64,000 bases of DNA from Novakomyces olei (taxonomy: Eukaryota), in NCBI GenBank assembly GCA_016906335.1, contig JADEYG010000007.1, forward strand, positions 1,178,001 through 1,242,000, read 5' to 3'. Shown piece after piece: positions 1 through 11,272 of the stretch. The position numbers and the translations under genes were made by a program. The notes beneath the pieces were generated by a model. That model saw only the letters and a list, made by a program, of their open reading frames with translations, ran no database searches and was not told the DNA's origin. Every line of letters begins with the position of its first letter. Position 1 is the stretch's first letter.

Positions 1-58
1 AAGACTCAACCTCAAGGGTGATAGTCTTGCCCGTGAGGGTCTTTACAAAAATCTGCAT
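1..58 (-). CDS. 5' end of a ubiquitin gene (probably a ubiquitin-ribosomal protein fusion), running off the window
   Basis: Reverse complement of 58..1 reads MQIFVKTLTGKTITLEVES, the ubiquitin N-terminus. Not in the ORF track. Ribosomal-protein-type promoter boxes lie upstream. Confidence 0.93.
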   Translation of the reverse strand, partial: MQIFVKTLTGKTITLEVES

Positions 59-146
59 GGTGCAGCAGTCCTCAGCAACCTCGTTGCCTCGTCAGAATGC
101 AAACTATGCCGTATGTTGTGGGTCTTTGGCCAATATATCATCCAAA

Positions 147-172
147 TGTGACTTGTGTAACCCTACCCTAAC
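147..172. promoter_or_regulatory. Homol-D-like box (TGTGACTT) and Homol-E box (ACCCTACCCT)
   Basis: TGTGACTT at 147-154 (7/8 match to TGTGACTG) and exact ACCCTACCCT at 160-169, about 90-110 nt upstream of the ubiquitin ATG, with E distal to D. Confidence 0.65.
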
Positions 173-595
173 GCTGATTGTCGCTCGTGTATATATCCAT
201 TGTCCGTGTTCCGCCATGGGGTGTATTCGCTAGGTAATATTCGTGCAAAAGAGCCATGAGAATAACTGCATTTACACAAGTAATGTTAATGTACGATATT
301 TTTAATCCGCGAATAGGCCAATTCGGTCGGCTTATAAAAGCTACAGAAAATAATAGCCTATGGCGGAGCCTTTTATTACTTGCCGATGAAATGTCTCACT
401 GTGCGCCATACAAACCCGACAAAATTAACGAGAAGATTAACGGTAGTGAGTGTCCACAAAAGCCGGAAATAAATTGGGACGGCAGAGCTCGAGACAATTG
501 ACAATGTTTGATGAATAATACACGATATAATCGCCACAAGTGTCGAAGATTAAAGACAAAATAATAAGACACTAAAACTAGTCAAAGTTAATCTA

Positions 596-665
596 TAAAT
601 CTTCTATATCTATCTTCTATATCTATCTTCCATATCTATCTTCTATATCTATCTGCATCTATCTG
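596..665. repeat. 13-bp tandem repeat (ATCTATCTTCTAT-like)
   Basis: About 4 near-identical copies visible in the ubiquitin/PRS1 intergenic region. Confidence 0.75.
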
Positions 666-927
666 AATCTAATTCTGAATAATATCTAACCAATTAATTA
701 ACCAGTCATTTTCAATCATTTAATGGCATCGCAACAATAAATTATCATATATTAAAATTGAGCGATCAATTATTCAGACTCTATATAGATTCACAAGCTG
801 CACACACTCGTGTGGCGTGTGACCAATTGCAAGAAAAGCGCCAACTTCCTTACATGGATCGGTAGCTGAGATCACCGTGTCTGCCCGGGAATAGAGCTCG
901 TTTTCTTGTTAATTTTTTTTATTTAGT

Positions 928-2855
928 ATGCATCAGATCAAAGTCATATCCGGCACGTCTCATCCTGCATTGGCGGAAACAACGGCGCACCGGCTCGGAC
1001 TGCAGTTGGCACCAGTTTCGCTCAAACGCTTCTCGAATCAGGAGACCTCTGTTGAAATTGGTACATTTGTTTATTGTTGCTATGGCTAATGGCAAAGGCG
1101 TTTCCATTCGCAACGAGCATGTCTTTCTCATTCAAAGCGGCTCTTCACAGTATGCAAAGATATTGCTATCGTACACCCGCTAATATCCAGCATCAATGAT
1201 CATTTGATGGAGCTTTTGATTATGGCTCAAGCCTGCCGCGGCGGATCGGCGGAAAGGGTTGTAGGCAAGTTCAAACTATGGTTTTCGTGTACCTAACAAG
1301 CTCAGCCGTCCTTCCTTACTTTCCATATTCAAAACAGTCAAAGATGAAAAAGTATCGCGGTGCCATCACAGCTCGAAGTAAGTGGTTTTGTTTTCACTGA
1401 TGTTTTGAGCCAACAAGCGCCGAGGACTGCTGTATTTACACGGCTAACCCGTCCTGTTTGTATAATCATAATTGTTTTTATTCTTATTATTTAATGTTTG
1501 AATAATGTTTAAATAGTGCCACACTTTTGGCTTTCGGCCATGACTAATTTGCAGTGGTGGCAAATTTGCTCTACATTTCCGGCGTAACGCATGTCATTAC
1601 TATGGACTTGCATGCCTCACAAATGCAGGGTTTTTTCAAAGTGCCTGTAGACAATCTTTCCCCTGAACCCACAATGGCACGCTGGATCTGCGAAAATGTG
1701 AAGGAGTACCGGGACACTGTTATTGTCAGCAAGAACGCCGGGGCAGCAAAACGTGTAACGCGTCTGGCTGATAATTTGGGACTGAGCTTTGCTCTCATCA
1801 ACACAGATCGTCGACGAGGCGGCTATGGAGGAACATCTGCAGCAGCAGCGGCAGCAGCAGGTATACTGGCCAATGAAGCAGTCGAAGAAGCAGTAGAGGA
1901 AGACAAAGAAGCCAGAGAAGCACAAGAGGCAGCCACTGCAGAAGCCGCAGACGATGAAGACGAAGCTAGATTTCCAGACGAAATACCCAGCCTTTACCAG
2001 TCTTCGATGAATAACCTATCCGCAAAACTGGCAGCGAATAATATTCTGGCGCGCTCAGCCTCGCCAGTTGAGTCAGTTTCATCCCGGCAATCACCGATCA
2101 AACCAAGGTCTCGTTGCCAGGACGGAATTCATACTGGCCTTCTTGTTTCTGGACACATTGTGGACGATGATCGCGAGTCTTTGGCAGGCAGTTTACATTC
2201 TGAGTACGCACCGACCGCTCATTCGTCGGCCTGGAGCAATGGCTACACTCAATCACCCAGTCTTCAACGGAATAATAATAATCACAATAACAATAACAAT
2301 AACAATAACAATAACAATAACAATCAGCCGCCTTCATTTTCTGAAAATGCCACCGATTTAGCGGTGAGTTTTGTATCAGAAGGCCAGGAAGATGCGTTTA
2401 TGTTCCAATCGGCACACGCTCTAGGGGGAACAATTGACACAGCAGTTCCCAGCGACGATGAAGAGGAGCGGATGATGCTGGAATTGACTGAAGAACGGCT
2501 AATTACACTCGTGGGCGATGTGGCCGGCCGGACTGCGATTATTCTCGACGATATGATTGACTCTGCTACTAGTTTTGTAGCGGCAGCTGAGCATTTGATG
2601 AAAAACTGTGAAGCAAAGGAAGTTATTTGTATGGCTACACATGGTGTTTTTCTCGATAATTCTCTTGATCTGCTCGTTGCCTGTCCTTTTATACACAGAA
2701 TCGTGGTTACAAATTCGTATCCTATCCCTCAGAGCAGCCGTATTGCAGCCGGACGTAAGCTTGTTATTATCGATATTGCACCTGTGCTGGCCGAGGCTAT
2801 TCGCCGCACTCACAATGGAGAAAGTATCATGGGTCTCTATTCCAGTCTATACTAA
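928..2855 (+). CDS. PRS1: ribose-phosphate pyrophosphokinase, Prs1-type with long internal insertion (4 introns)
   Basis: ATG 928 gives MHQIKVISGTSHP...; spliced exons give INDHLMELL, YFPYSKQSKMKKYRGAITAR, DLHASQMQGFF and ILDDMIDSATS. A large low-complexity insert is typical of Prs1. Confidence 0.93.
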
Positions 2856-3357
2856 ATAACATCCAATTACACTTCCATATGCTTAAAGGGAGAAGAAGCA
2901 GACTAATGATTGCAACGAAGTGGATGGTTGGACTTTGATCTAAACTCCGACGAGGGATTGAACTCTTTCAATAAAGCATATTATCATTTTAACTATATAT
3001 ACAAACACTGTAATTCATCAGTAAGCCCTATGTCCGCTTTGTAGATGTACTACTCGAGAGCCTTATCTGCAGCCATATCCATAGCTGGAAAAGTATCGTG
3101 CGACTGACTAAACAGCGTCGTTAAAGCAAGCCACAAAAAGCTAGAAAAATTTAGCGCCATAGTGACGGCCATTAGGGTTTTTGGTAATCGGCAGTGTAAC
3201 AACACATTATTATCCTAATTTTGCCCCACAGTGTAGCTTATAGTGTTGCTTATTGGGCGCAAGTAATAGTTCACATTAACGTCACACAGCAAACTGGACA
3301 CGAGGTATCATTCGTTAAAAAAAACTAGGAAAAAAAGTGAAAAATAAACAAATTACC

Positions 3358-3439
3358 CGATCCTAGCGAGACTCGAACTCGCAGCCTTTGCCTGTCACAG
3401 ATTAGGAGGGCAACGCGCTAGCCATTGCGCCATAGGACC
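3358..3439 (-). tRNA. tRNA-Arg(CCT) with about 9-nt intron
   Basis: Reverse complement folds as a cloverleaf: acceptor GGTCCTA/TAGGATC, D arm GCGC..GCGC, anticodon stem TTGCC/GGCAA with CT-CCT-A, T arm GCGAG-TTCGAGT-CTCGC. T-runs follow downstream. Confidence 0.93.
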
Positions 3440-3673
3440 TTGGCGACAAGTCACGGATCACTATCTCAATTGACCATTTTGTATGGGTAAATCGCCAAAA
3501 TTAGAATTTTAATGATATAACCCAACAATTGTAGCCTTACATAACACGGAACCTGTTATAGGACCGAAATATCACGGCATTATGAACCCGAATTGTTGAG
3601 AGACGTCAAAGCATTGACCGGCTTTTAGCCCTTTAAGTTTCGGTCATTGGATGGTACAGTTCGCAGTGGTGGC

Positions 3674-4375
3674 ATGTCTACTACGGCAAAACGTGGACCC
3701 GGGAATCCGGGCTCGCTGGTGCTGAACACGGTAGCGTTCAGCATATGCTTGTGGGGACTGATTAGAGCTACAGAAAAGCCTCTGCCGCCTGCACTCACTC
3801 ATGCAGGACACAAGCAGTTCCTGACGATAATATCGCTCTTCCTTTCGATTATAAACTTTGCATTGGCAATCGCGAGTCACGTTTTACATTCGCACAGGCT
3901 GTTTTACGCACGGGAATACATACACTTACTGGCTACGCTGTTCGAGTCAATCGTGTTTGCCGTCTACTGGCCCCTTCGGCTTTTCGCGGTACAGCTTATT
4001 CTTCCGCCCGAGGCCATTATTGAACCTTCCGTTGATGCTGCAATTCATTTCGCGCCCTCTGTCTTTTTGCTGGCCGACTTTTATCTGTTTATGCCGTGCT
4101 GGCCATTCAGCGGCCGGACCTGTTTCACCGCTGTGGCAATTGCCGCGTTCCTCTACTGGCACTGGCTTGCATTCGTAATGGACGAGTCAAGTCTATTCCC
4201 TTACCCGTTCTTGAACGTGGACTCACAGACACGCCTCGTTTTATTTGTTGCTATTGCACAGATTGCTCTGGTCAATTTTTACCTGCAACGGGCTTTATAT
4301 AGATGGGTGGTGGGACTGCTGCAAGGCGGCAAGCCTAATTTCGGCAAATCAAAGGACGGTAAGAACAGGCAATAG
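3674..4375 (+). CDS. FAR-17a/AIG1-like integral membrane protein
   Basis: Several TM segments with motifs GHxQFLT, YWPL, DxAIH and FPYPFL characteristic of the family. First ATG at 3674. Confidence 0.85.
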   Translation: MSTTAKRGPGNPGSLVLNTVAFSICLWGLIRATEKPLPPALTHAGHKQFLTIISLFLSIINFALAIASHVLHSHRLFYAREYIHLLATLFESIVFAVYWPLRLFAVQLILPPEAIIEPSVDAAIHFAPSVFLLADFYLFMPCWPFSGRTCFTAVAIAAFLYWHWLAFVMDESSLFPYPFLNVDSQTRLVLFVAIAQIALVNFYLQRALYRWVVGLLQGGKPNFGKSKDGKNRQ

Positions 4376-4498
4376 TAACGGAAGCGAAGGTTTGAAATAA
4401 AGCGTTTAGCGTCGGCTCAGCGCTGGAGATGAAGAAGAGATTGCCGCAACTAAAGATTAGTGTGCTGGTTATCGTAGATTTTTAGTTGCAAATGTAGT

Positions 4499-4499
<1 letters not shown>

Positions 4500-4573
<74 letters not shown>
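4500..4573. repeat. (AAT)n microsatellite
   Basis: About 24 perfect AAT units just upstream of the MDL1 start. Confidence 0.95.
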
Positions 4574-4635
4574 TTAATTCCTCTGTTTGAAGGACGAGTA
4601 TGGCCGAGGACAGTTAGGAAGCTGTGTTGACCGCA

Positions 4636-6978
4636 ATGTCCTCAGCAGTCCGGCTTCGACTGCCTCTTATCTCGTCTGCAAGATCGCTCTGCTATCGCAG
4701 CGAGATCCTTGAGGCGGCGGCCCGATGGGTCCCGGCTAGCGAATACCCAAAGCCAAGGACGTACCGTCTTTGCCATCGTCATTACGCCGTCCCGCGCTCA
4801 GAGCAATATATGCATAGACCCAAAGCCGAACTGCATTCCGCGCTGGTAAATTTCACATTCGGCTCGGCGGCGCGGCAGTTTTGTACAACGAGGCTATCGG
4901 GCCGAAAGCAAGAGTCTGGCAGTTCCAAGTCTCCGATCCAGAGCACTTTTTCTGCCGGCAAACCTGGCGATGGCACAGAGGCCGCTGCCTCTAATGCACA
5001 CTCCACATCTCGGCCATTTATGCCGCCGGAGCCAAAAAAGTCTGAGGCGGCTGATCCGCTTGGCCGATTGGATGCTTTGGCTCAGGAGAGTATGGACACG
5101 GGACGAGAAGGCGTGGATGCCTTTGAGAGGAGTGAGCGTGCGCAGCAAGCGTCACAGCTAAATTTAAGGGCGAAACTACAGAGTAATCCGGACGTTAGAG
5201 CTCGAGCTTCAGTGCAGGAAATACGGAGGCTCTTTGGGCTGGCGCGCGGGTACGTGTGGCCCATCTCTGTGGCCCTTGTGTTTATAGGCATTAATTCGTG
5301 TATAACCCTGTCTATCCCCAAAGCAATTGGCCTCATTGTCGATATTGGCAACAACGAGGCCGGCACTATCCTCGGCTTCACGTACAATCAGTTTTTCTTG
5401 GGGTTTTTTGGTGCTCTTGTTGTGGCTGCCGGTTGCAATTTCGCTCGGCTTTACATACTGCGGCTCGTGGGCGAGGGCATTGTTGCCCGATTACGCTGCC
5501 GCATGTACGAGCGCACACTGTACCAGGACGGAGAGTTCTTTGATGCCAATCGCCACGCTGATATCATTTCCCGACTAACAAACGACACTACAATTGTGGG
5601 GAAAAGCCTGACTGGCAATGTCGGCGATGGAGTGCGTGCCATGGTCCAGGGCGTCTTTGGCCTCGGGGCAATGGCGTGGGTATCGCTAGAGCTAACGAGT
5701 AAAATGATGCTTATTGTGCCCCCGATTGCAATTGCCGGCATCTTTTACGGACTCGTTGTACGAAAACTGTCCAAGCAGACACAGGAAGCACTGGGCGAGC
5801 TGACAAAAGTCTCAGAGGAGAGACTGGGCGGAGTGAGAACGGTGCAAGCATTTTCTGCAGAGGTCCCGGAAGTCCAACGGTACAATGATAGTATCCGTGC
5901 CGTTTACCGGCTGGGCAAGCGGGAGGCTTATCTGACCGGTTCTTTTAGCTCGTTCAACGTGCTGGCGGGTAATTTGACAATCCTGGCAATTTTAGCCTTT
6001 GGAGGGAGACTCGTTAATGAGGGTGCCTTGTCTGCCGGTGATTTGACTACTTTTTTACTGTACACCTTATTCACTGGCGGAGCAATGGCCAGTATGGCCT
6101 CCACTTACACAGAGATTATGAAGGGTGCGGGAGCTGCCTCCCGTCTCTTTGAGCTGCTGGATCGTGAGCCTACTATCCATCCCACTCTGGGCGAGCCTCT
6201 GTCGGTGCTGAAGCTGCCGGTGGCAGAATCACGTATCAGATTTGATAATGTATCGTTTGCCTATCCCACCCGGCCGGCTTTACCCATCTTCAAAAACATG
6301 ACGTTTGAGATAGAGCCGGGGACTAATATTGCCGTGTGTGGGAGCAGTGGAGGGGGCAAGTCTACGATCAGCGCTCTGCTCTTGCGCTTCTACGATCCCG
6401 ATTCTGGTCGGGTGCTGATTGACAATACGGATATCTCTGCGCTGAACCTGAAAGCCTGGAGAAGGCAAATTGGTCTGGTTGGACAGGAGCCAGTACTGTT
6501 CTCCGGCACTATTGCCGAGAACATTGCTTACGGGAAGCCAGGCGCAACAAAGGCAGAGATTATTGCCGCTGCAAAGAAGGCTAACTGTGAGTTTATAGCT
6601 GATATGCCTGAAGGCCTGGATACCTGGGTGGGGGCGCGAGGTGCACAGCTGAGTGGGGGCCAGAAACAGAGGGTTGCGATTGCGCGTGCGCTAATAAGAA
6701 ACCCGAGTATTCTTATCTTGGACGAGGCAACTTCCGCACTGGATGGGACCTCGGAGGTTCTCGTCGATCGAGCGCTGCAGGGCCTCATGAGGCAAGACAA
6801 GCTGACCACGATTACTATTGCTCATCGCCTGGGCACTATTCGCAGGGCAGACCGTATTTACGTCCTCGGGCCAGAGGGAAAGATTATCGAGCAAGGCACT
6901 TTTGCCGAACTGGCACGTGATGGAACTGCGTTTATGGAGCTGATGAAGTGGCAAATGCATGGAATGCCGCCGTCATAG
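4636..6978 (+). CDS. MDL1: mitochondrial ABCB half-transporter (Mdl1/ABCB10-like)
   Basis: Arg-rich N-terminal presequence, TMD, Walker A GSSGGGKST, LSGGQKQR signature, ILILDEATSALD. Confidence 0.9.
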   Translation: MSSAVRLRLPLISSARSLCYRSEILEAAARWVPASEYPKPRTYRLCHRHYAVPRSEQYMHRPKAELHSALVNFTFGSAARQFCTTRLSGRKQESGSSKSPIQSTFSAGKPGDGTEAAASNAHSTSRPFMPPEPKKSEAADPLGRLDALAQESMDTGREGVDAFERSERAQQASQLNLRAKLQSNPDVRARASVQEIRRLFGLARGYVWPISVALVFIGINSCITLSIPKAIGLIVDIGNNEAGTILGFTYNQFFLGFFGALVVAAGCNFARLYILRLVGEGIVARLRCRMYERTLYQDGEFFDANRHADIISRLTNDTTIVGKSLTGNVGDGVRAMVQGVFGLGAMAWVSLELTSKMMLIVPPIAIAGIFYGLVVRKLSKQTQEALGELTKVSEERLGGVRTVQAFSAEVPEVQRYNDSIRAVYRLGKREAYLTGSFSSFNVLAGNLTILAILAFGGRLVNEGALSAGDLTTFLLYTLFTGGAMASMASTYTEIMKGAGAASRLFELLDREPTIHPTLGEPLSVLKLPVAESRIRFDNVSFAYPTRPALPIFKNMTFEIEPGTNIAVCGSSGGGKSTISALLLRFYDPDSGRVLIDNTDISALNLKAWRRQIGLVGQEPVLFSGTIAENIAYGKPGATKAEIIAAAKKANCEFIADMPEGLDTWVGARGAQLSGGQKQRVAIARALIRNPSILILDEATSALDGTSEVLVDRALQGLMRQDKLTTITIAHRLGTIRRADRIYVLGPEGKIIEQGTFAELARDGTAFMELMKWQMHGMPPS

Positions 6979-7296
6979 ATCACGACTTGTTATTATCAGG
7001 GATGCATTTGCCGAGCATTTAGTCTGCAACGATATCATTCTAAAGAAGGTCAATTGAGTAATAAAATGGTGATAATAACAGTAAATATTAATTGATATAA
7101 ACTGCCCAAACATGAGCAAATGATCCTTTGTTCAATGGACTCGACACTTGTCTACTGAAGCACATTCTACGCCAGGCTTATACACTATTCCATGACTCAA
7201 CCCGCCAAATGCTTCGAGTAAACTTTTATTCAAAGTAGTCTACTGCACAATAAATAAACCAATAATTTTAAGAAAAATTATTCCAAGGAACCGTGT

Positions 7297-8263
7297 CTAG
7301 TACGACGCCCCCGGTGCAGCTTCGTCTTTACGCAGGCTCGTCAATAACTCTCGGAACTTTGACGTATCGCGGCCACCAATTTTAGTAGCCTTGTCGGTAA
7401 GGTCTACTAGTTTTGAAATTTGTTCCCACGATGTGCCCGTAATACCCGCCTCGCGTTTAGCCAGAAACTCTTCCTGCTCTTTTCTATTGCACCAGTCAGA
7501 CCCGATGAATTGTACAGAGGACTGCTTACCTTGCTTGGGCCACGGATCGCTCTCGCTTACGATTGTAATTCTCGTAAAAATCGTCGATAGCTCTCTGGGC
7601 TTTATCAATAGTCTCCTGCTTTTTACGATCGCTCAGCTCATCTCGACGTTCAATCTGCAGCTTGAAGCGTTCGCGCCACTCACTGTCATTAGCAAAAATT
7701 AAGCATTTAATAATCCGTTCTCTTTGCTTTTCCGGACAACGTACTGAATCGGTGCGGGCTCGCCTTCCTGCTCTTTTTCGTACAAGTCATCGTCCTCAGC
7801 CGCGGGCGCTCCGGGAATGTAAGCGTCAGTTGGCCCAGAAATAACGCCGCTCGCTGGCTCCTCCTTCAAGTTAGATAAGTGTAAACAATAGGCCGAATGA
7901 TACCTGATCAATGGCCGGGAAGGACTGTTCAAAGGCGGCGGTACTGTCGCCGCCGATCAAGTCGTCATCGCCAGCTGACCGAAACTGTGCTGCGTCATCG
8001 CCCAATGCCTCTCGCTCACGAGCGAGAAAATCGGTGTCTCCGTTCGACGGTGCAGCGCTCCCCGCCTCAAAGCCTTCTGTGCAAAAGTTAGAATACTCAA
8101 TCAAAACGTGGCTTGCCACCCCGGAGGAGGTGAAGGATCAATCTCAATTTCGCTCTTTGCCTCGGCAAAAGAGCACAAAGAGATTTGCGTGTCAAACTGC
8201 TTATAGGCCAAAACCACAATTGGGGGAGATGGCGGTCTTACCGAGCTCAGGAAACTCCGACAT
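7297..8263 (-). CDS. CLC1: clathrin light chain (spliced)
   Basis: ATG 8263 gives MSEFPEL; exons include DFLAREREALGDDA, EEFLAKRE, GTSWEQISKLVD and DTSKFRELLTSLRKDEAAPGA. Confidence 0.9.
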
Positions 8264-8384
8264 GCCGTGTTGCAATTACACGGGTCAAACGGCGGTTGGG
8301 TTTGTATGGTTATTGTGTATATTATTCGCCGTATTGACGATTATCGGTGACAGTACATAACACTCTATACTCTGCAATACTTTG

Positions 8385-8502
8385 CACTATACTTTATACT
8401 TTTTTGAATACTTTATACTACTTTGAATACTTTTATACTGCTTTGAATACTTTTATACTACTTTGAATACTTTATACTACTTTGAATACTTTATACTACT
8501 TT
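8385..8502. repeat. about 20-bp minisatellite (TTTGAATACTTT(T)ATACTAC)
   Basis: 5-6 imperfect tandem copies upstream of CLC1. Confidence 0.85.
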
Positions 8503-8920
8503 GCTCTAATCTTCACTGATACAATCCACTGTTCTCTGCGCTGATACTGTGCTCTAAACTTATACTTCAACACTGACCTTTATATGTACTTTAAAAGACA
8601 TGTAGTGCCGTTATATTATGTAGATCTAAGTGTGCACGGCGCCCGTCAGTAAAGGGTAGGTTAGATATGAATATTTGTGTTGCTGCTTAATGTTACACAT
8701 GCAGCGACCATAGATTAGACATGTCTGGATCTGCAGGCAGTGTCATCCACGAGTCTTACACGTTGGATTTGGCGAATAATATATAGCGCGAGATTGTTTG
8801 AACGGGACACCTTTCAAAATCGAGCACGTAATTGAACGAGTACGCAATCGAATGAAAAATGTAGTACGTCCACACTCGAGTCTATCACGATATTTAGACC
8901 GAAATCGTTGCAAACTCAAA

Positions 8921-9374
8921 TTATGTTTGTGGAGGCTCTCGGAGCTGATCAAGCACACCTTCTAACGCAGAACGTAGCTGTGCCTCCTCCGACACAATAA
9001 AATCGGTACTTGATTCCTTGGGTAGCGGTGGCAGGCTGCAACGGAGCCATATTTGCTTCAATTGCCTCGAAATTTGTAATAAATCTTCAATAGCTTTCAC
9101 CTACAAGATATGATTCAGCGAATTGAATTATTTCCTTTAAGCAATTACCATCGAAGCAGAATGGCTTTTCAGTGCCATACTGCCAACCATTGCTTCTGTA
9201 CGCGTATTTTCTTTCTGTAGCAAATAAGCAGACTATCCAAAAAACAACACGGTGCGGGTATACCCCAACAATCTCAAGGATTTCACCAAAGCGCGATAAT
9301 AACGTCGCTGTAGCTTCGTCCACCTCTGCCGTCAACCGCTGGGATCGCTCGACTAGCTGCCGTTCGCGCGACAT
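8921..9374 (-). CDS. MED22: Mediator subunit Med22/Srb6 (2 introns)
   Basis: Spliced product ...LLSRFGEILEIVG|KENTRTEAMVGSMALKSHSASM|VKAIEDLLQISRQLKQIWL... matches the Med22 pattern. Stop at 8921-8923. Confidence 0.8.
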
Positions 9375-9908
9375 TTCCCCTTAATTCCAGATATTTGTAA
9401 GCACTTTAGGATGCTTGGACGGAGTTCGATCAATCAATCTGCCAAAGCCAGATGGCTGAAACTCCATAAACTGAAACGGAGACAGCTTGGTAAAGGATGC
9501 TTCAAATATAAAGAAAAATTGGTACAAATGAACCAATTCCAATGAAAACCATCAGAATGTTGACAAAGGACCGGAGCCGGAATCCAACTTGACCAAGATG
9601 ATTTACACACAACAGTCGTAGCCACCGACGGGGACTGTAATGACCAAACTAGACGCTGGATTCTACAGACAATAAACCCTAACCCTCGGACATGTGCAAA
9701 GTATTCTCAGTCAGAGTAGTGGCCTAATAGCACTTATAGCACTAATATCCATACACAAATAGTACGTATTTCACGTAGTTACCGATTTTACTCGTATTTT
9801 GCGACTTGGCGATCACTTTATATATTGATTTACTCATGATGCAATGACTTGTAGGCCAGCCAGATACGTGTATAAAAAACGCATTAGAAAGAATTGTCAT
9901 CCAGCCCA

Positions 9909-11272
9909 ATGCGCAGGTTCGCCGCGGCACTGCGGACACGACCGCAGCCGCGGACTGCGGCGGTGTGGCGCTTCGGCGCAGTGCGCCAGACGTCGTACCG
10001 CCGGTTTGACGGACGCAATTCGTGGCAAGGTCAAGCGTTCCAAGCGGGAATGCGTTTGCCACGGAATGCAAAGCTGGCAATTGGATCTGCTCTAGTGATT
10101 GCCGTAGGCTTTAATTTAGGTAGGCAATTGACGAGGCAAAGTATTCTTATTACTGACCGCCAGAAAAGGCGCCTGTTACAGGCCGACTGCGGCTTATGAT
10201 TGTCCCAGAGTCGGTAAGTTAGCAGCATTGTCACGCGAGACCAGAATAAAGGAATAATGTTTGATCGTCGTCTAATGGATCTGCAGGTTGAGCGTGTGCT
10301 ATCTGAGGACACAAATAAACAGATCAAAGAGCAGTATAGAGGAAGAATACTGCCGCCGGATCATCCTACCAGTATTCTCGTCAAACGAGTAATGAGACGT
10401 ATTATCGCGGCAGCAGGGATGGGTGAAGGCGTCGATTGGGAGGTGAATGTGATCAACGACAATCAGGCCAATGCTTTTGTACTGCCGGGCGGAAAGGTTT
10501 ACGTTTTCTCTGTAAGAGATACTGCTATGCTCGCGCTAATACCAGGGTATTATTCCGATCTGCCGAAATGAGGATGGGCTGGCGAGTGTACTCGCCCATG
10601 AAACGGCCCATCAGATTGCCAGTAAGTCGTCCGCAAATAACTGAGCTGTACTATTTCTACAATGGCGGCTTACAAACTAAAATAATTGCCAACGGTGCTG
10701 ATTCATTAGGGCATACTGGGGAACAGCTGTCGATGATGTTCCCGTTGCTCATTCTCGGTATTCCTCTTGTTTATATCCTTGGTGATATCCGAATCGCCAA
10801 CAGTATTATAAACCTTGCCGGTACTCTGCCGCTGTCGCGCAAACGCGAGACTGAAGGTAAGACTTTCCCGTGTTGATTACTACACAAACGAAGGAATATA
10901 TACGCAACTTTAACTTTTGCCAATTAATTAATTTAAAAAAAATATAAATTAAAAAAAAGGGAGAAAAATCGCATTCGTGCTAATTCTGCGACTTGAATCA
11001 TTCGCTTACTCGCAGCTGATAATATTGGCCTATTACTGATGGCGAAAGCCTGCTTCAACCCACACGAAGCAGTCGCTCTTTGGCAGCGTATGGATATAGC
11101 TACACGTGATGCCAATCAGGTACCTCAGTTCCTAAGTACGCACCCGACCAACAGCACCCGCATTGTAAATATTGAAAAATGGATGCCTGAAGCTGAAAAG
11201 GCTTCTGAGCAGTCTGGGTGTCAGCGACAGCGGAACTATCTAGATAGTATGCGGAGTTATGGGTTGATGTAG
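9909..11272 (+). CDS. OMA1: mitochondrial M48 metalloprotease (spliced)
   Basis: [34 protein letters not shown] zinc motif, SRKRETEAD and FLSTHP. Confidence 0.92.

Noticed and set aside
861..900. GCTGAGA upstream of PRS1 as a TPP riboswitch core
   Set aside because: The other conserved TPP aptamer segments are absent and the gene is not thiamine-related.
3358..3439. tRNA-Arg and ArgRS in the same window as a functional cluster
   Set aside because: About 49 kb apart with many unrelated genes between them; most likely coincidence.
6646..6660. Alternative CUG decoding (CUG-Ser/Ala yeasts)
   Set aside because: CTG encodes the invariant Leu of the ABC signature LSGGQ, consistent with the standard code.
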